From: an uncultured Thermoplasmatales archaeon | Lineage (GTDB): Archaea; Thermoplasmatota; E2; DHVEG-1 | Direction: 5' to 3' | NCBI GenBank assembly: GCA_964346655.1 | Contig: CAYFVP010000141.1 | Location: forward strand, 5,362 to 69,361 | DNA: 64,000 nt | Shown here: positions 27,647-37,742 of the stretch, one piece after another | How positions within the stretch are numbered: position 1 is the first letter of the stretch | How the letters are laid out: each line of letters starts with the position of its first letter | Notes under the pieces: generated by a model | Seen by the model: the letters and a program-made list of their open reading frames with translations, nothing else | Told to the model about the DNA's origin: nothing | Databases searched by the model: none | Translations under genes and position numbers: made by a program

Positions 27647-28600
27647 TCATATTCTTTTAGCCTCATAGGTAATCCATCTTCCAGATGAAAAATCTTCCAA
27701 GACCAGATCACTAGCTTTAGATATTTTTTTATCAGTTCTAGCTACCAAGATCCCACGATTACCCATTTCTTTATATCTAGAAGATGAAAATATTGTGATA
27801 CATCTGTCTCTATATATACTAATACCTAGAGTATTATAATCATGCCCTTTAATGAAAACTTTAGCATTTATCTCATCTAAAAATTTGACTAAATCATCTT
27901 CAGTAAATGGTTTACCAGCTCCTCTAAAAGTTGGTGAAACAACTGGGTCGCTCCACACAAGTGATTCGATAGCTCTCAAATCATTTTTTCCTGTTTTTTT
28001 CAACTGTTCTAAATCAGCATCCTTTAAAATTCCTCCATGTGCTGCAAATATGTTGTTTGTAATAACCATCAATGGCATTAATGAAAATATATTAACATAT
28101 TTTCCATGTAAATCAGAAGAACCATATCTTTGAATTATCTCAAATTCAAATTCATATGGAAAACAAGGAATGGCATAGTTGCATTCATGATTGCCCTTTA
28201 AGAGAACTATTTTTTCTGGATAAATGTATTTTAGAAGGAGCAAATATGTGATGTTATAAATAGATCCCCATTTCATTGGTTCCCGGTCTACATAGTCTCC
28301 TAGAAAAACTAAATGGTTTACATTAAAAAATCTCTGAATAATAGCTTTTGTTGTATTAAAGTCTCCATGAGTATCCCCAATAAACACAACATTTCCATTT
28401 AATTCAATCAATGCTTTTTCTCTTTCCAAAATAGGCTTTACTCTATCTAAATAGTCACTTATTTCATTTTCATCTAAACAAGCAATATAGTCTGGGTCGT
28501 TTACAACCTTGTTTATTATATTATCTACATCTGTCATTTTTAATTTTATGAGGAAAAATATTATACAAAAATCAATTATTCCATGTAAATATTTTTCCAT
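27647..28600 (-). CDS. PPP-family Ser/Thr protein phosphatase (calcineurin-like metallophosphoesterase)
   Basis: GDTHGD, GDYVDR and GNHE motifs in the canonical order. Confidence 0.75.
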   Translation of the reverse strand: MEKYLHGIIDFCIIFFLIKLKMTDVDNIINKVVNDPDYIACLDENEISDYLDRVKPILEREKALIELNGNVVFIGDTHGDFNTTKAIIQRFFNVNHLVFLGDYVDREPMKWGSIYNITYLLLLKYIYPEKIVLLKGNHECNYAIPCFPYEFEFEIIQRYGSSDLHGKYVNIFSLMPLMVITNNIFAAHGGILKDADLEQLKKTGKNDLRAIESLVWSDPVVSPTFRGAGKPFTEDDLVKFLDEINAKVFIKGHDYNTLGISIYRDRCITIFSSSRYKEMGNRGILVARTDKKISKASDLVLEDFSSGRWITYEAKRI

Positions 28601-28603
28601 AAA

Positions 28604-29137
28604 GTGATAAATTTGAAAATATTAGGTATTGATCTTGCAGGAAAATCAAAAAATCCTACTGGAATATGTATTTTTAAAGACAACGATATAATCATAAAAA
28701 CAGTAAATAAAGACAAAGAAATACTAGAAATCGCAAGTACATTAAAACCAGATATTATTGCAATCGACGCGCCAATAATGTCTGGAAAACCAAAGATTAG
28801 AAAAGCCGATATAATACTTAAAAAATACAAGGCTTTTCCACCAACCCTACCTGGTATGATACCATTAACAATACGAGGATCAAAACTTGCAACACAGCTT
28901 TTAAAGCTTGGTCCCGTAATTGAAGTATTTCCTACTGCAACTACAAAGATACTAGGGATCTATCATAAAAATTACAAGAAAACCGCTGCAATTTTGGATG
29001 TAAAAATTAAAACCAAACATGAACTCGATGCATATATTTGTTGTCTAACTGGAAAATTGTTTATCGAAGGAAAAACAGAAAATGTAGGCAATGAAAAAGA
29101 AAAAATCATTATTCCAAAGGAAAAATCATTTGCATAA
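28604..29137 (+). CDS. DUF429 family protein (RNase H-like fold)
   Basis: ILGIDLAGK start and IIAIDAPI segment as in DUF429. Confidence 0.45.
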   Translation: MINLKILGIDLAGKSKNPTGICIFKDNDIIIKTVNKDKEILEIASTLKPDIIAIDAPIMSGKPKIRKADIILKKYKAFPPTLPGMIPLTIRGSKLATQLLKLGPVIEVFPTATTKILGIYHKNYKKTAAILDVKIKTKHELDAYICCLTGKLFIEGKTENVGNEKEKIIIPKEKSFA

Positions 29138-29319
29138 TAGTCTTTTATTTTTTCTGCTAGATATGACATAGTAATCATAAGATGTAAAACTTATCTTAAT
29201 CACTTGTCTCAAAATCTTGATTTGATCATTTGTATTTAAATAAGTGATAACAAAAGCTCATAAACTAAAATTATAAATAATAAAAACGTTATTGAAATAA
29301 ATAATAATGGGGGATTTTT

Positions 29320-29547
29320 ATGCAAGATATTAGAATGACGATTAGGCTATCTCGACAGGATACTCATATTATTGATATGTTTGTAAGATCTGGAGAATAT
29401 GCTACTCGATCTGAATTTATAAGAAGAGCAGTCAAGGAATACTCTCGTAATCATATGGATGAAATAGTTAGAAAAACCAGAGCTATGAAAAAGCTTCAAA
29501 ATATGGTTAATGATCTTGAACAAATTCAAGATTACTCAAAAAAATAA
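29320..29547 (+). CDS. ribbon-helix-helix (CopG/Arc/MetJ family) transcriptional regulator
   Basis: MTIRLSRQDTHIIDMFVRSGEYATRSEFIRRAV is a typical RHH N-terminal beta-strand followed by two helices. Confidence 0.6.
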   Translation: MQDIRMTIRLSRQDTHIIDMFVRSGEYATRSEFIRRAVKEYSRNHMDEIVRKTRAMKKLQNMVNDLEQIQDYSKK

Positions 29548-29601
29548 AAAATATTAATTTGATTTGCTATTTTTGAATAATAAATATTAAAAGAGGAAAA
29601 A

Positions 29602-30267
29602 ATGATAACAAAACAAAAATTAGTATTTTTATTAGCTGTTTTATTTATAGGTACATTATTATTTTCTGGATGTATAGAAAACGGTGATGCTGTAACATAT
29701 AAAGTTATATTCAAATCTACATGGAGCGAAGAAACACATCCTGATGATTTTCCACCAAATCCACATTTTTCAGGTCTAATAGGAGCATCTCATAACGATA
29801 AAGTATCTTTTTGGAAGGAAGGAAAACTTGCATCTCTTGGTATAAAAAACATGGCTGAAACAGGAAGCAAAGATCCTTTAACTAATTATATCAACGATGC
29901 AATCTCCGATGGAACAGCCTATAAATTGTTATCAGGCAATGGAATCGGTTCCTCACCAGGATCAACCAGTTTATTCTTTAAAGTAAAAGAAGAATACCCA
30001 CTTGTTACCTTGGTAACTATGATAGCACCAAGCCCTGATTGGTTTGTTGGTGTGGATAGTTTAAATCTTTTTGAAAATGGAGCATTCGTTGATAAAAAAG
30101 CCGTTACACTTTATGCATATGATTCAGGAACAGATAATGGTTCTACGTACAAATCACCTAACAATCCAATAGATCTGCCTGTTCCTATATTCAAAATTGA
30201 AGGATACCCATTTTTATATGATGAACAATTAGTACCATTAGGAATATTTACATTTATAAAAATTTAG
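29602..30267 (+). CDS. lipoprotein with Spondin_N-like domain
   Basis: Lipobox LLFSGC; ...HPDDFPPNPHFSGLIGASHN... and SPDWFVGVD segments resemble the F-spondin N-terminal domain. Confidence 0.45.
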   Translation: MITKQKLVFLLAVLFIGTLLFSGCIENGDAVTYKVIFKSTWSEETHPDDFPPNPHFSGLIGASHNDKVSFWKEGKLASLGIKNMAETGSKDPLTNYINDAISDGTAYKLLSGNGIGSSPGSTSLFFKVKEEYPLVTLVTMIAPSPDWFVGVDSLNLFENGAFVDKKAVTLYAYDSGTDNGSTYKSPNNPIDLPVPIFKIEGYPFLYDEQLVPLGIFTFIKI

Positions 30268-31842
30268 AGTGTTTAGTTGTCCTAGTATGTGTAAAAGAAT
30301 TGGGAATTGATCATAAAAAACTGAGTAAATATTGAAATTTGATATTCTACCCCTTGGGATATTTACAACAATTTCACTCCAATCACTCATAGAACCAAAA
30401 TTATCTTTTGCTTTTACTTTAATTGTAACTTTACCTTTATCCCACGTGTGTTTATAATAAACATTTTGACCTGAGTCATATGGTCCATCCCACTCTATTA
30501 TATCTCCATCACCCCAATCAACATAGAAATAAACCCTGTTTTTATTTGGATCAATTGCTGAAATGGTGTATGTTCCTTCTTCATTTGGTCTTAAACTAGT
30601 TGGGCCATTAATTTCTGGCTTATTTGGTCCTTGATTTTTAGCCCCGATTTTAATTACCCAAACGTCTAGATTTTCTTCTTTATAAAAACCAGTATACCCA
30701 GTAATTATATAACCACCGTCGGATGTTTGTATACCTGAATAACCAATATCTTCGGTATCATCTTTATCTAATATTTGACTCCATTCTTCCTTTCCTGATG
30801 CATCAGTTTTTATTAGATAAACATCAGGATCTAATTTTATAGGGTCAGTAAAATAACCTGTAATAAAATATCCGCCATCTTTAGTCTGTTGAACAGAATA
30901 TCCCTCATCACTTTTGCTTCCTCCGAAAAATTGGCTCCATTCTTTGTTTCCTTGTGAATCTGTTTTTATTAAATAAATATCAAAATTTCCAAACTCAATT
31001 TCGTGCCATCCACTGATTATGTATCCTCCGTCTGTTGTCTGTTGAACACAATGACCACCATCCCATCTATCTCCACCAAATGTTTGGCTCCATTCTTCGT
31101 TTCCTAAAGAATCGGTTTTAATTAAATAGACATCTCCTTCAATGCCGAAGGAATCTGTTTCTCCTGCAATAATAAATCCACCATCAGTAGTTTGTTGAAC
31201 ACAGTTACCTACATCCACATCAGTTCCTCCAAAAGTTTGATTCCATTCCTCTTCACCATTGGCATTAATTTTTATTAACCATGCATCGCATGCTCCCCCG
31301 ATACCGAAGGTCTGTGTCCACCCAGCAACAATGTATCCACCATCACTTGTTTGTTGAACACTTTGAGCTAAATCATAAACACTAGGATTACCGAAGGTGC
31401 ATGACCACTCAATATTTCCATTTGTATCTGTTTTTTGTAAAACAGCATTATATCTATTGGCGACTCCTTCAAAACCGGCAATAATATATCCGCCATCACT
31501 TGTTTGTTGAATACTTTTACCAACATGTTCTGAATCGTATTGTCCATATATTTGGGTCCATTCTTGATTTCCATTAGAATCGATTTTTATTAAATAAAAA
31601 TGACTATACCATAAAGACCAAGCATTTCTTAAGTAAGTACCAGAAATAATAAACCCGCCATCACTTGTTTGTTGAATACTGTTGCCCCAATCGATAAGAT
31701 CGCCGCCATATGTTGCTTCCCAATCAACATTTGGCCGAAACAAATATGGATTTTTGATTTTAATTTCCGTTGCTACTACTGGTAAAACAGTAGCGACTAT
31801 CATTATCGTGCAAACAAGTATTCCACTTATTTTATTCTTCAT
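30238..31842 (-). CDS. secreted SBBP beta-propeller repeat protein with C-terminal PKD-like domain
   Basis: At least seven repeats of W(S/T)QxFGG...VQQT(S/T)DGGYII(A/S)G; signal peptide; C-terminal YTISAIDPNKNRVYFYVDWGDG. Confidence 0.65.
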   Translation of the reverse strand: MKNKISGILVCTIMIVATVLPVVATEIKIKNPYLFRPNVDWEATYGGDLIDWGNSIQQTSDGGFIISGTYLRNAWSLWYSHFYLIKIDSNGNQEWTQIYGQYDSEHVGKSIQQTSDGGYIIAGFEGVANRYNAVLQKTDTNGNIEWSCTFGNPSVYDLAQSVQQTSDGGYIVAGWTQTFGIGGACDAWLIKINANGEEEWNQTFGGTDVDVGNCVQQTTDGGFIIAGETDSFGIEGDVYLIKTDSLGNEEWSQTFGGDRWDGGHCVQQTTDGGYIISGWHEIEFGNFDIYLIKTDSQGNKEWSQFFGGSKSDEGYSVQQTKDGGYFITGYFTDPIKLDPDVYLIKTDASGKEEWSQILDKDDTEDIGYSGIQTSDGGYIITGYTGFYKEENLDVWVIKIGAKNQGPNKPEINGPTSLRPNEEGTYTISAIDPNKNRVYFYVDWGDGDIIEWDGPYDSGQNVYYKHTWDKGKVTIKVKAKDNFGSMSDWSEIVVNIPRGRISNFNIYSVFYDQFPILLHILGQLNTLNFYKCKYS

Positions 31843-32146
31843 ACTTTTCCCCCACTAAATAAGAAAAAAACATGTTAATTTAAATTTTAATATTAAATTT
31901 TTGTACAAATTATTAAAATATGCAATTTCAAATGGTTTTACGTTCAGATTTATCATTAAATAAAGATTTTTAAAGTAATAAATATGAATTATATTTCCTA
32001 TGCAAACATGATTAACCTCTCATATTTTATATAATGATTTATTATTAAATTCAAAACCGACTCTTCTAATCAATATTCTAATAATGACTTAAAAAAGAAA
32101 AAATGATAGGAAAAACCTATGTACTAAAATACATTCCACACTGGAT

Positions 32147-32578
32147 GTGGCAAAGAATCTAGAACAGGAAGTAAAAGAATTAAATAAACGTATAAGTGAA
32201 TTAGAAAAAATGCTATCTGTAATAATAAAACCTCTTAGAGATGTAAGTAGAACTACACAGAATTATATGAGAATAACTGGTCTTTTATTGGATCACGGAG
32301 GCCTAACACCAGATATGATACTTCCTGAAGTAAAAGATAATATATCAAGAGAAATAGTAAGAGTTTTACTTGATAAATCTGAACAGAATATATCACAAAT
32401 TACAGAACTTGTGCGAAGTAAACGTGGAACAGCCTCAAGAAGAATAATTCGTGATAGAGTAAAAGAATTGGAAGAAAAAGAAATTATTAAAAAAAAATTG
32501 AAAGGTTCACGTAATGTTTATAGCCTAACTGATAAGGTAATAAAAAAGTGGTCAAAAATGATCGGCTTTAATATATAA
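32147..32578 (+). CDS. winged-helix transcriptional regulator with N-terminal coiled coil
   Basis: The ISQITELVRSKRGTASRRIIRDRVKELEEKEII pattern resembles ArsR/TrmB-like HTH. Confidence 0.4.
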   Translation: MAKNLEQEVKELNKRISELEKMLSVIIKPLRDVSRTTQNYMRITGLLLDHGGLTPDMILPEVKDNISREIVRVLLDKSEQNISQITELVRSKRGTASRRIIRDRVKELEEKEIIKKKLKGSRNVYSLTDKVIKKWSKMIGFNI

Positions 32579-32620
32579 TATGATCACCCTAAGTAAAAAT
32601 GAAAATGGAGGTAATAAAAA

Positions 32621-32899
32621 ATGAATAAACATGAAGGAATGCCCGACCCTGAAAAAATAAAAGAAATTTTAGAGGTGGTATCTAAAAAAATTCCTGGACT
32701 GTTAAAAGAGCTTAGCAGTGTATTATATGGTCCAACTAGTGCCAAACAATTTGCAACAGCAGCAGCAACTTTTTATAAAGAATTAAAAGCAGCGGGTATG
32801 ACTGATGAACAGGCCTTTGAACTTACCAGTCAATATCTGTCAACATTAAACATTGGAAAAATGATAAGTAGATTTGGAAAACATAATGAACATGACTAA
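32621..32899 (+). CDS. hypothetical small protein (92 aa)
   Basis: ORF only; overlaps the next ORF by 26 nt. Confidence 0.3.
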   Translation: MNKHEGMPDPEKIKEILEVVSKKIPGLLKELSSVLYGPTSAKQFATAAATFYKELKAAGMTDEQAFELTSQYLSTLNIGKMISRFGKHNEHD

Positions 32900-33134
32900 A
32901 AAAAGTGAAGAAAACAGTGATAGAAATCCTGTAAAATTATTTGGAATGATGCTTTCTACGATGCCCTCTTTAATGTTTAGATTAGGTAAAACATTTTTAA
33001 TGTTTAGAAAAGAAGCACTAAAAGCAGAAAAAATATTCAAAAAAGAACTTATCAAGCAGGGCATTGATAAAAATATTGCTGAAGAATTATCAAGAATATA
33101 TATAGAAGGAAGTAAAATATCAACTTTTTTTTAA
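32874..33134 (+). CDS. hypothetical small protein (86 aa)
   Basis: ORF only. Confidence 0.3.
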   Translation: MENIMNMTKKSEENSDRNPVKLFGMMLSTMPSLMFRLGKTFLMFRKEALKAEKIFKKELIKQGIDKNIAEELSRIYIEGSKISTFF

Positions 33135-33148
33135 AAATTTCATTAAAC

Positions 33149-33502
33149 ATGAGAATCTGGGATATTACACCTAAAAAATTATGTCGACAGCATTTATTAG
33201 GTGAACATAGAGAGATTCATGCTATATGGTCAATTATTATAAATAATAAAAGAGGATATTTTAATCATCCAGAAACAATAAGATGGAAAGGAAAACAAAA
33301 GGCCTTATATCTTAAACACGAAAAAATAGCCAATGAAATGATAAAAAGAGGTTATAATCATATTAGCCCTCTTGATAAAAAATTTGCAAATGGAAAAGCT
33401 CAACAAGAAGAATTTGTAAATTCAATTAAAGAGCAAATTAATATTTTAAAAATAAAAAATGTAATTGTAGATTATAATTTTAATAAGCAAAAGATAAAAT
33501 AA
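33149..33502 (+). CDS. pyrimidine dimer DNA glycosylase/AP lyase (T4 endonuclease V family)
   Basis: [27 protein letters not shown] aligns with T4 endoV [36 protein letters not shown] aligns with ECLKRGFN. Confidence 0.55.
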   Translation: [117 protein letters not shown]

Positions 33503-33525
33503 AAAGTGTGCTTTACTAAAAATAT

Positions 33526-34095
33526 ATGATTGGTGGGACTTTTTCAAATCTCCAATTCAAGACCTTTTATGTTTCAAAAGAAATAAGCGCCTGTCCACTT
33601 ATTTCGGAAATTATTAGAATTGGTAAGAAATTTGATGAACTTAAGTTATGTGATGATATCTGGGAAACAATAATAAGCTTAAGATATGGAAAAAGAATTT
33701 TAATAAATTCTGAAGCTAGAAACCTTGGAAAAATAAAACAAGAAGACTTTATTGAAATAATTGATTATGATCCTATTAAAAATATTGCTCTTTCAATTGG
33801 CCCTAAGGAACCAAGAGTTGAAATGCCAATTCATTGGCTTATTCATCATGCTAGACGTGAAATAAATGCAATAATTCAAATTAATGATAGTAAATTAGCA
33901 GAAAAATTTGAAAAAAAACTTCTGTCAACTAAAAAAGAGTTTCCTACAGGATCGCTTGATCAGGTAAAAGATATTTTAAGAAATTTACATAATAGTAAAA
34001 AAATTGTTATAAAAAATCAAGGATTAATTTTTGTTGGGAATAATTCAAAGGATGTTGAAAATCTAGTTTTAAAAACATTAGAGGAGATAAAATGA
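33526..34095 (+). CDS. class II aldolase/adducin-like protein (MtnB-like)
   Basis: The IHWLIHHARREINAIIQ His cluster and C-terminal KNQGLIFVGNNSKDVENLVLKTLE resemble class II aldolase/MtnB. Confidence 0.4.
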   Translation: MIGGTFSNLQFKTFYVSKEISACPLISEIIRIGKKFDELKLCDDIWETIISLRYGKRILINSEARNLGKIKQEDFIEIIDYDPIKNIALSIGPKEPRVEMPIHWLIHHARREINAIIQINDSKLAEKFEKKLLSTKKEFPTGSLDQVKDILRNLHNSKKIVIKNQGLIFVGNNSKDVENLVLKTLEEIK

Positions 34096-35066
34096 AAATC
34101 GATGGAAAAGAAAAAAGATCCTTATGGTTTGAAAATGGATCAATCAAATTTATTGATCAAAGAAAACTGCCTTATAAACTTGAATTTTTTAATGCAAAAA
34201 CAGTTGAAGAATGCGCATTTGCAATAAAGGATATGGTAGTAAGAGGAGCACCAGCAATAGGAGCAGCGGCAGCATATGGTATGGTTTTGGGAAAAGAAAG
34301 TATTGAAAAAACAGCAATGATCTTGCAAAAGACACGACCAACAGCATATGATCTTTTTTATGCAATAAATTACATGATAAAAGAAATAAAAAATGGTAAA
34401 GATGCACTTAACGCAGCAAATGAATATGTCGAAGAGATAATAGATAAATGTAGAAGAATTGGAGAAAATGGAGAGCCGTTAATTAAAAATGGAATGAAAA
34501 TTCTTACTCACTGTAATGCAGGTGCCCTTGCAACAGTTGATTATGGAACAGCACTGGCACCGTTTTATATTGCACATAGAAAGGGTAAAAAATTCTTAGT
34601 TTTTGTTGATGAAACAAGACCAAGATGTCAGGGACTGCTTACTGATTGGGAACTTAAACAAGAGGGAATTTCACATGTAGTAATTGCTGATAATGCAGCA
34701 GGACATTTCATGAAAAACGGAGTGATTGATATGGTTATAACAGGTGCTGATAGAATTGTAAAAAATGGTGATTTTGCAAATAAAATTGGAACCTATGAAA
34801 AGGCAGTTTGTGCAAAAGAAAATAACATTCCTTTCTATGTTGCAGCTCCAATTAGTACATTTGATAAAACCATAAAAAGTGGTAAAGAAATTATTATAGA
34901 AGAAAGAAGTAGAGACGAACTAGCTATAATTAATAAATATAAAATTATGCCCGATTATACCAAAGTTAAAAATCCAGCATTTGATGTAACACCTGCAAAA
35001 TATGTTACAGGTTATATTACCGAGGAAAAAATTGTAAAAAATATTAATGATTTAATTACCCCTTAG
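34092..35066 (+). CDS. MtnA/eIF-2B-family isomerase (methylthioribose-1-phosphate or ribose-1,5-bisphosphate isomerase)
   Basis: KIDGKEKRSLWFENGSIKFIDQRKLP...VRGAPAIGAAAAYG is the hallmark N-terminus of the MtnA/e2b2 family. Confidence 0.7.
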   Translation: MKIDGKEKRSLWFENGSIKFIDQRKLPYKLEFFNAKTVEECAFAIKDMVVRGAPAIGAAAAYGMVLGKESIEKTAMILQKTRPTAYDLFYAINYMIKEIKNGKDALNAANEYVEEIIDKCRRIGENGEPLIKNGMKILTHCNAGALATVDYGTALAPFYIAHRKGKKFLVFVDETRPRCQGLLTDWELKQEGISHVVIADNAAGHFMKNGVIDMVITGADRIVKNGDFANKIGTYEKAVCAKENNIPFYVAAPISTFDKTIKSGKEIIIEERSRDELAIINKYKIMPDYTKVKNPAFDVTPAKYVTGYITEEKIVKNINDLITP

Positions 35067-37646
35067 AAATATATTCTCAAAAAATCCAAACCTTGGAAAT
35101 ATCATTGTGTATATAACAGGTATTTTAAAGTTATTGTCAAAAGTATTTGTATCCTTAAATTTTCTTTGGGGATCTACTGTTACAGAAATATTGATTATCC
35201 CTGCAAAATTAATTAGTGCCTCAATAAACTCAGAGATTGTCAATCTGAAAAGCGGTCTATCAAATGTTTTTTTTGCACCTCCATCTAAATGAAAAATGTA
35301 TCCTGGGTATGATGTATTAATTGATTCTTTATTTAAATCAGGATTAAATTCAATAGCAATATTTACTTTTAAGTCAGTTACCTCTATTGTTCCTTGATTT
35401 TCTACAGTAAATTTAATTCTATTATTTGATTTAAATAATGGAAAATCGTCCTTTGTAATTTCTACACTATCAGGAATAATCCGTAAATCGATGTTTGGTA
35501 TAGATTTGACAGATGAATATATATCTTTGTCGCCTTCTCTATTATCTATCCAAATAATATGGTTATTATCAGTCATATATGAATTATGATTTTGCTCAAC
35601 AACTGAGCCATTTAAAGAGTTAACATGAATAGGTTTTTCCCAGTTTTTTCCATCATCCGTTGAATTTAATATTTTAAGATTTCTTGACTCTGAAAAAATA
35701 CAATATAAATCTTCTCCATTTGCATAAATCCTCGGATACCTTGGTATTATTGGATTTGCTCTCACATTTATACATTTCTCAATTGATGTTATATCATTGA
35801 GCTCGTCTCTAATAGTAAGATTTACATAGTAGATATCAGGTCGTAGGTATTGATAGGTCAAATTTTGACTATAGATAGGTCCTTCTCCATTACCTAAATT
35901 CCATTTCCAATCAACTATTTTTATTGCTTGAGAGTCAGAAGACGTGTCATTAAACCAGATTGTATCATCTACTGATGGATGTAAAGGTTCATATGTGAAA
36001 TCAGCTACAAGGCCGACCTTAATTATTTTTTCAAATGAATCAGTTTTATTAATGGTTTCATTTTTTACAGTAAGCTTTACAGTATATATTCCATCTTCAA
36101 AGTAATCATGTATTGCATTCTGGACATAAGAAAAATTGCTACCATCACCAAAATCCCATGTCCAGTTGTCGTTGGTGTAATTTTCATATGAAATTGAAGT
36201 ATCATTAAATTTAACAAATTCAAAGGCAGCTGGTTTTAATGGTGAGTAAGAAAAATTGGCAATAGGTGTTGTATTATCTATAGTTATTACCATAGATTTT
36301 GTATTATCAGTATTATCATCATCCTTAACTGTTAATTCAACTGTATAATCCCCAGGAATTGCATAATTGTGATGTGGATTCTGAATTGTCGAAGTATTAT
36401 CATCACCAAAATCCCAGAGCCAGGATGTAATATAACCATCTTCATCTGTTGAATTGTCAGAAAAATCTACATCTAAACGCTTTTGTGACACTTTAAAATC
36501 TGCTACAGGAGGTTGATTAACTGAAATAGATCTTGGAGTCTCTGTCCAAGTTTTGCCTTCATTGTTTGAATAATAAAGGACAATTTCATTTTTTCCTTTA
36601 AGTTCTGTCTCGGCAGCAATGTAAATTTCCTTTCCATCAACATATATATGAGGATGGATAAGATTTCCAAAAGGAATTGAAAATGTTTTGTTTACAAATA
36701 AATCCTTATTAACCCATTCATCGGGATTTCCCTTAAAAAATAAAATATCAGTATATTTACCATTTAGTTGTTCACAGGCACCATAAATATAAGAGGAACC
36801 GAATTCACTTGTAATTGAAACATTTCTACAATTTTGTATTCTAGGGAACCAAACAATAGAAATATAATTAGGATTTTCAAAATCTAAAAATGAAAACATA
36901 AGTGAATCATTGCAAGGACCTTCTTGTGTATCAGGATCAGTAAAATTTGTACTACCAATTAAAGTAATTACCCATGGTGTTGAAGAGTTATCAAACGATA
37001 CAATATCAGGATTTTGAAAACCCCAGAATCCATATTCAGGATAACCAGGGATATCAGACCAATCAACTGTATATGTTTCTGTTTCAGTTAAATCTCCGTC
37101 TATGTCTGGTGTAACAAAATAACCATTTATTGCATAGTTATTCTTTGGAGAAATATATGTACCATATGCTTCATTATACTGCGGTGAAAAACAAAGGTCC
37201 GGAGAAACTGCTTCAATATCAGGTTCAGATGAACTATAATAAACCTTAAGTTTCAATGCAGTTGACCAGTTTTTACCATAATCCTTTTCCCAATCCAAAG
37301 TTTGACGTAAAAAGATACGTGACAAATCTTCGTGTTCATAAACAATAAGCCCATTTAATCCACTCATAACTATAGATGGATAAGATTCATTTCCTGGATC
37401 ATTTGAAATGACAACATTTTCTGAAATATTACTATTATTATTACTTAATGAACTGAGCGCTGGTCTTTTTATTCCAAAAAAAGGGGATGGAGTTCTAATT
37501 TTCAGTAGACAACCATTACTAGAATTTGATTTTTTAATTGTACTTGTTGATTTTATAGAAATACCTATTGAACAAAAGGAACTTATTAGTAATAATACTA
37601 CAACTGAAACAACAACAATTCTCTTAAGTGATTTATTAAATTGCAT
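35052..37646 (-). CDS. large secreted protein with three PKD domains and BNR repeats
   Basis: Signal peptide; WLWDFGDDNTS...YTVELTVKDD, WTWDFGDGSNF...YTVKLTVKNE and WKWNLGNGEG...YYVNLTIRDE (PKD WDFGDG motif); BNR motifs YSNNEGKTW and NSTDDGKNW. Confidence 0.7.
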   Translation of the reverse strand: MQFNKSLKRIVVVSVVVLLLISSFCSIGISIKSTSTIKKSNSSNGCLLKIRTPSPFFGIKRPALSSLSNNNSNISENVVISNDPGNESYPSIVMSGLNGLIVYEHEDLSRIFLRQTLDWEKDYGKNWSTALKLKVYYSSSEPDIEAVSPDLCFSPQYNEAYGTYISPKNNYAINGYFVTPDIDGDLTETETYTVDWSDIPGYPEYGFWGFQNPDIVSFDNSSTPWVITLIGSTNFTDPDTQEGPCNDSLMFSFLDFENPNYISIVWFPRIQNCRNVSITSEFGSSYIYGACEQLNGKYTDILFFKGNPDEWVNKDLFVNKTFSIPFGNLIHPHIYVDGKEIYIAAETELKGKNEIVLYYSNNEGKTWTETPRSISVNQPPVADFKVSQKRLDVDFSDNSTDEDGYITSWLWDFGDDNTSTIQNPHHNYAIPGDYTVELTVKDDDNTDNTKSMVITIDNTTPIANFSYSPLKPAAFEFVKFNDTSISYENYTNDNWTWDFGDGSNFSYVQNAIHDYFEDGIYTVKLTVKNETINKTDSFEKIIKVGLVADFTYEPLHPSVDDTIWFNDTSSDSQAIKIVDWKWNLGNGEGPIYSQNLTYQYLRPDIYYVNLTIRDELNDITSIEKCINVRANPIIPRYPRIYANGEDLYCIFSESRNLKILNSTDDGKNWEKPIHVNSLNGSVVEQNHNSYMTDNNHIIWIDNREGDKDIYSSVKSIPNIDLRIIPDSVEITKDDFPLFKSNNRIKFTVENQGTIEVTDLKVNIAIEFNPDLNKESINTSYPGYIFHLDGGAKKTFDRPLFRLTISEFIEALINFAGIINISVTVDPQRKFKDTNTFDNNFKIPVIYTMIFPRFGFFENIFLRGN

Positions 37647-37742
37647 GATTCACACCAATACAACGTATGAGACAATATTCAATAATCACATATTTATTAA
37701 ACATATATAAATAATTTATTGTATAATAATGTTCAAAATTAT

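Noticed and set aside
29197-29250. Imperfect 7-8-bp inverted repeat AATCACTT...AAGTGATA upstream of the RHH regulator gene, a possible autoregulatory operator
   Set aside because: Only 7/8 matching and 38-nt spacing. Well within chance expectation for this AT-rich spacer, so too weak to report as a site.
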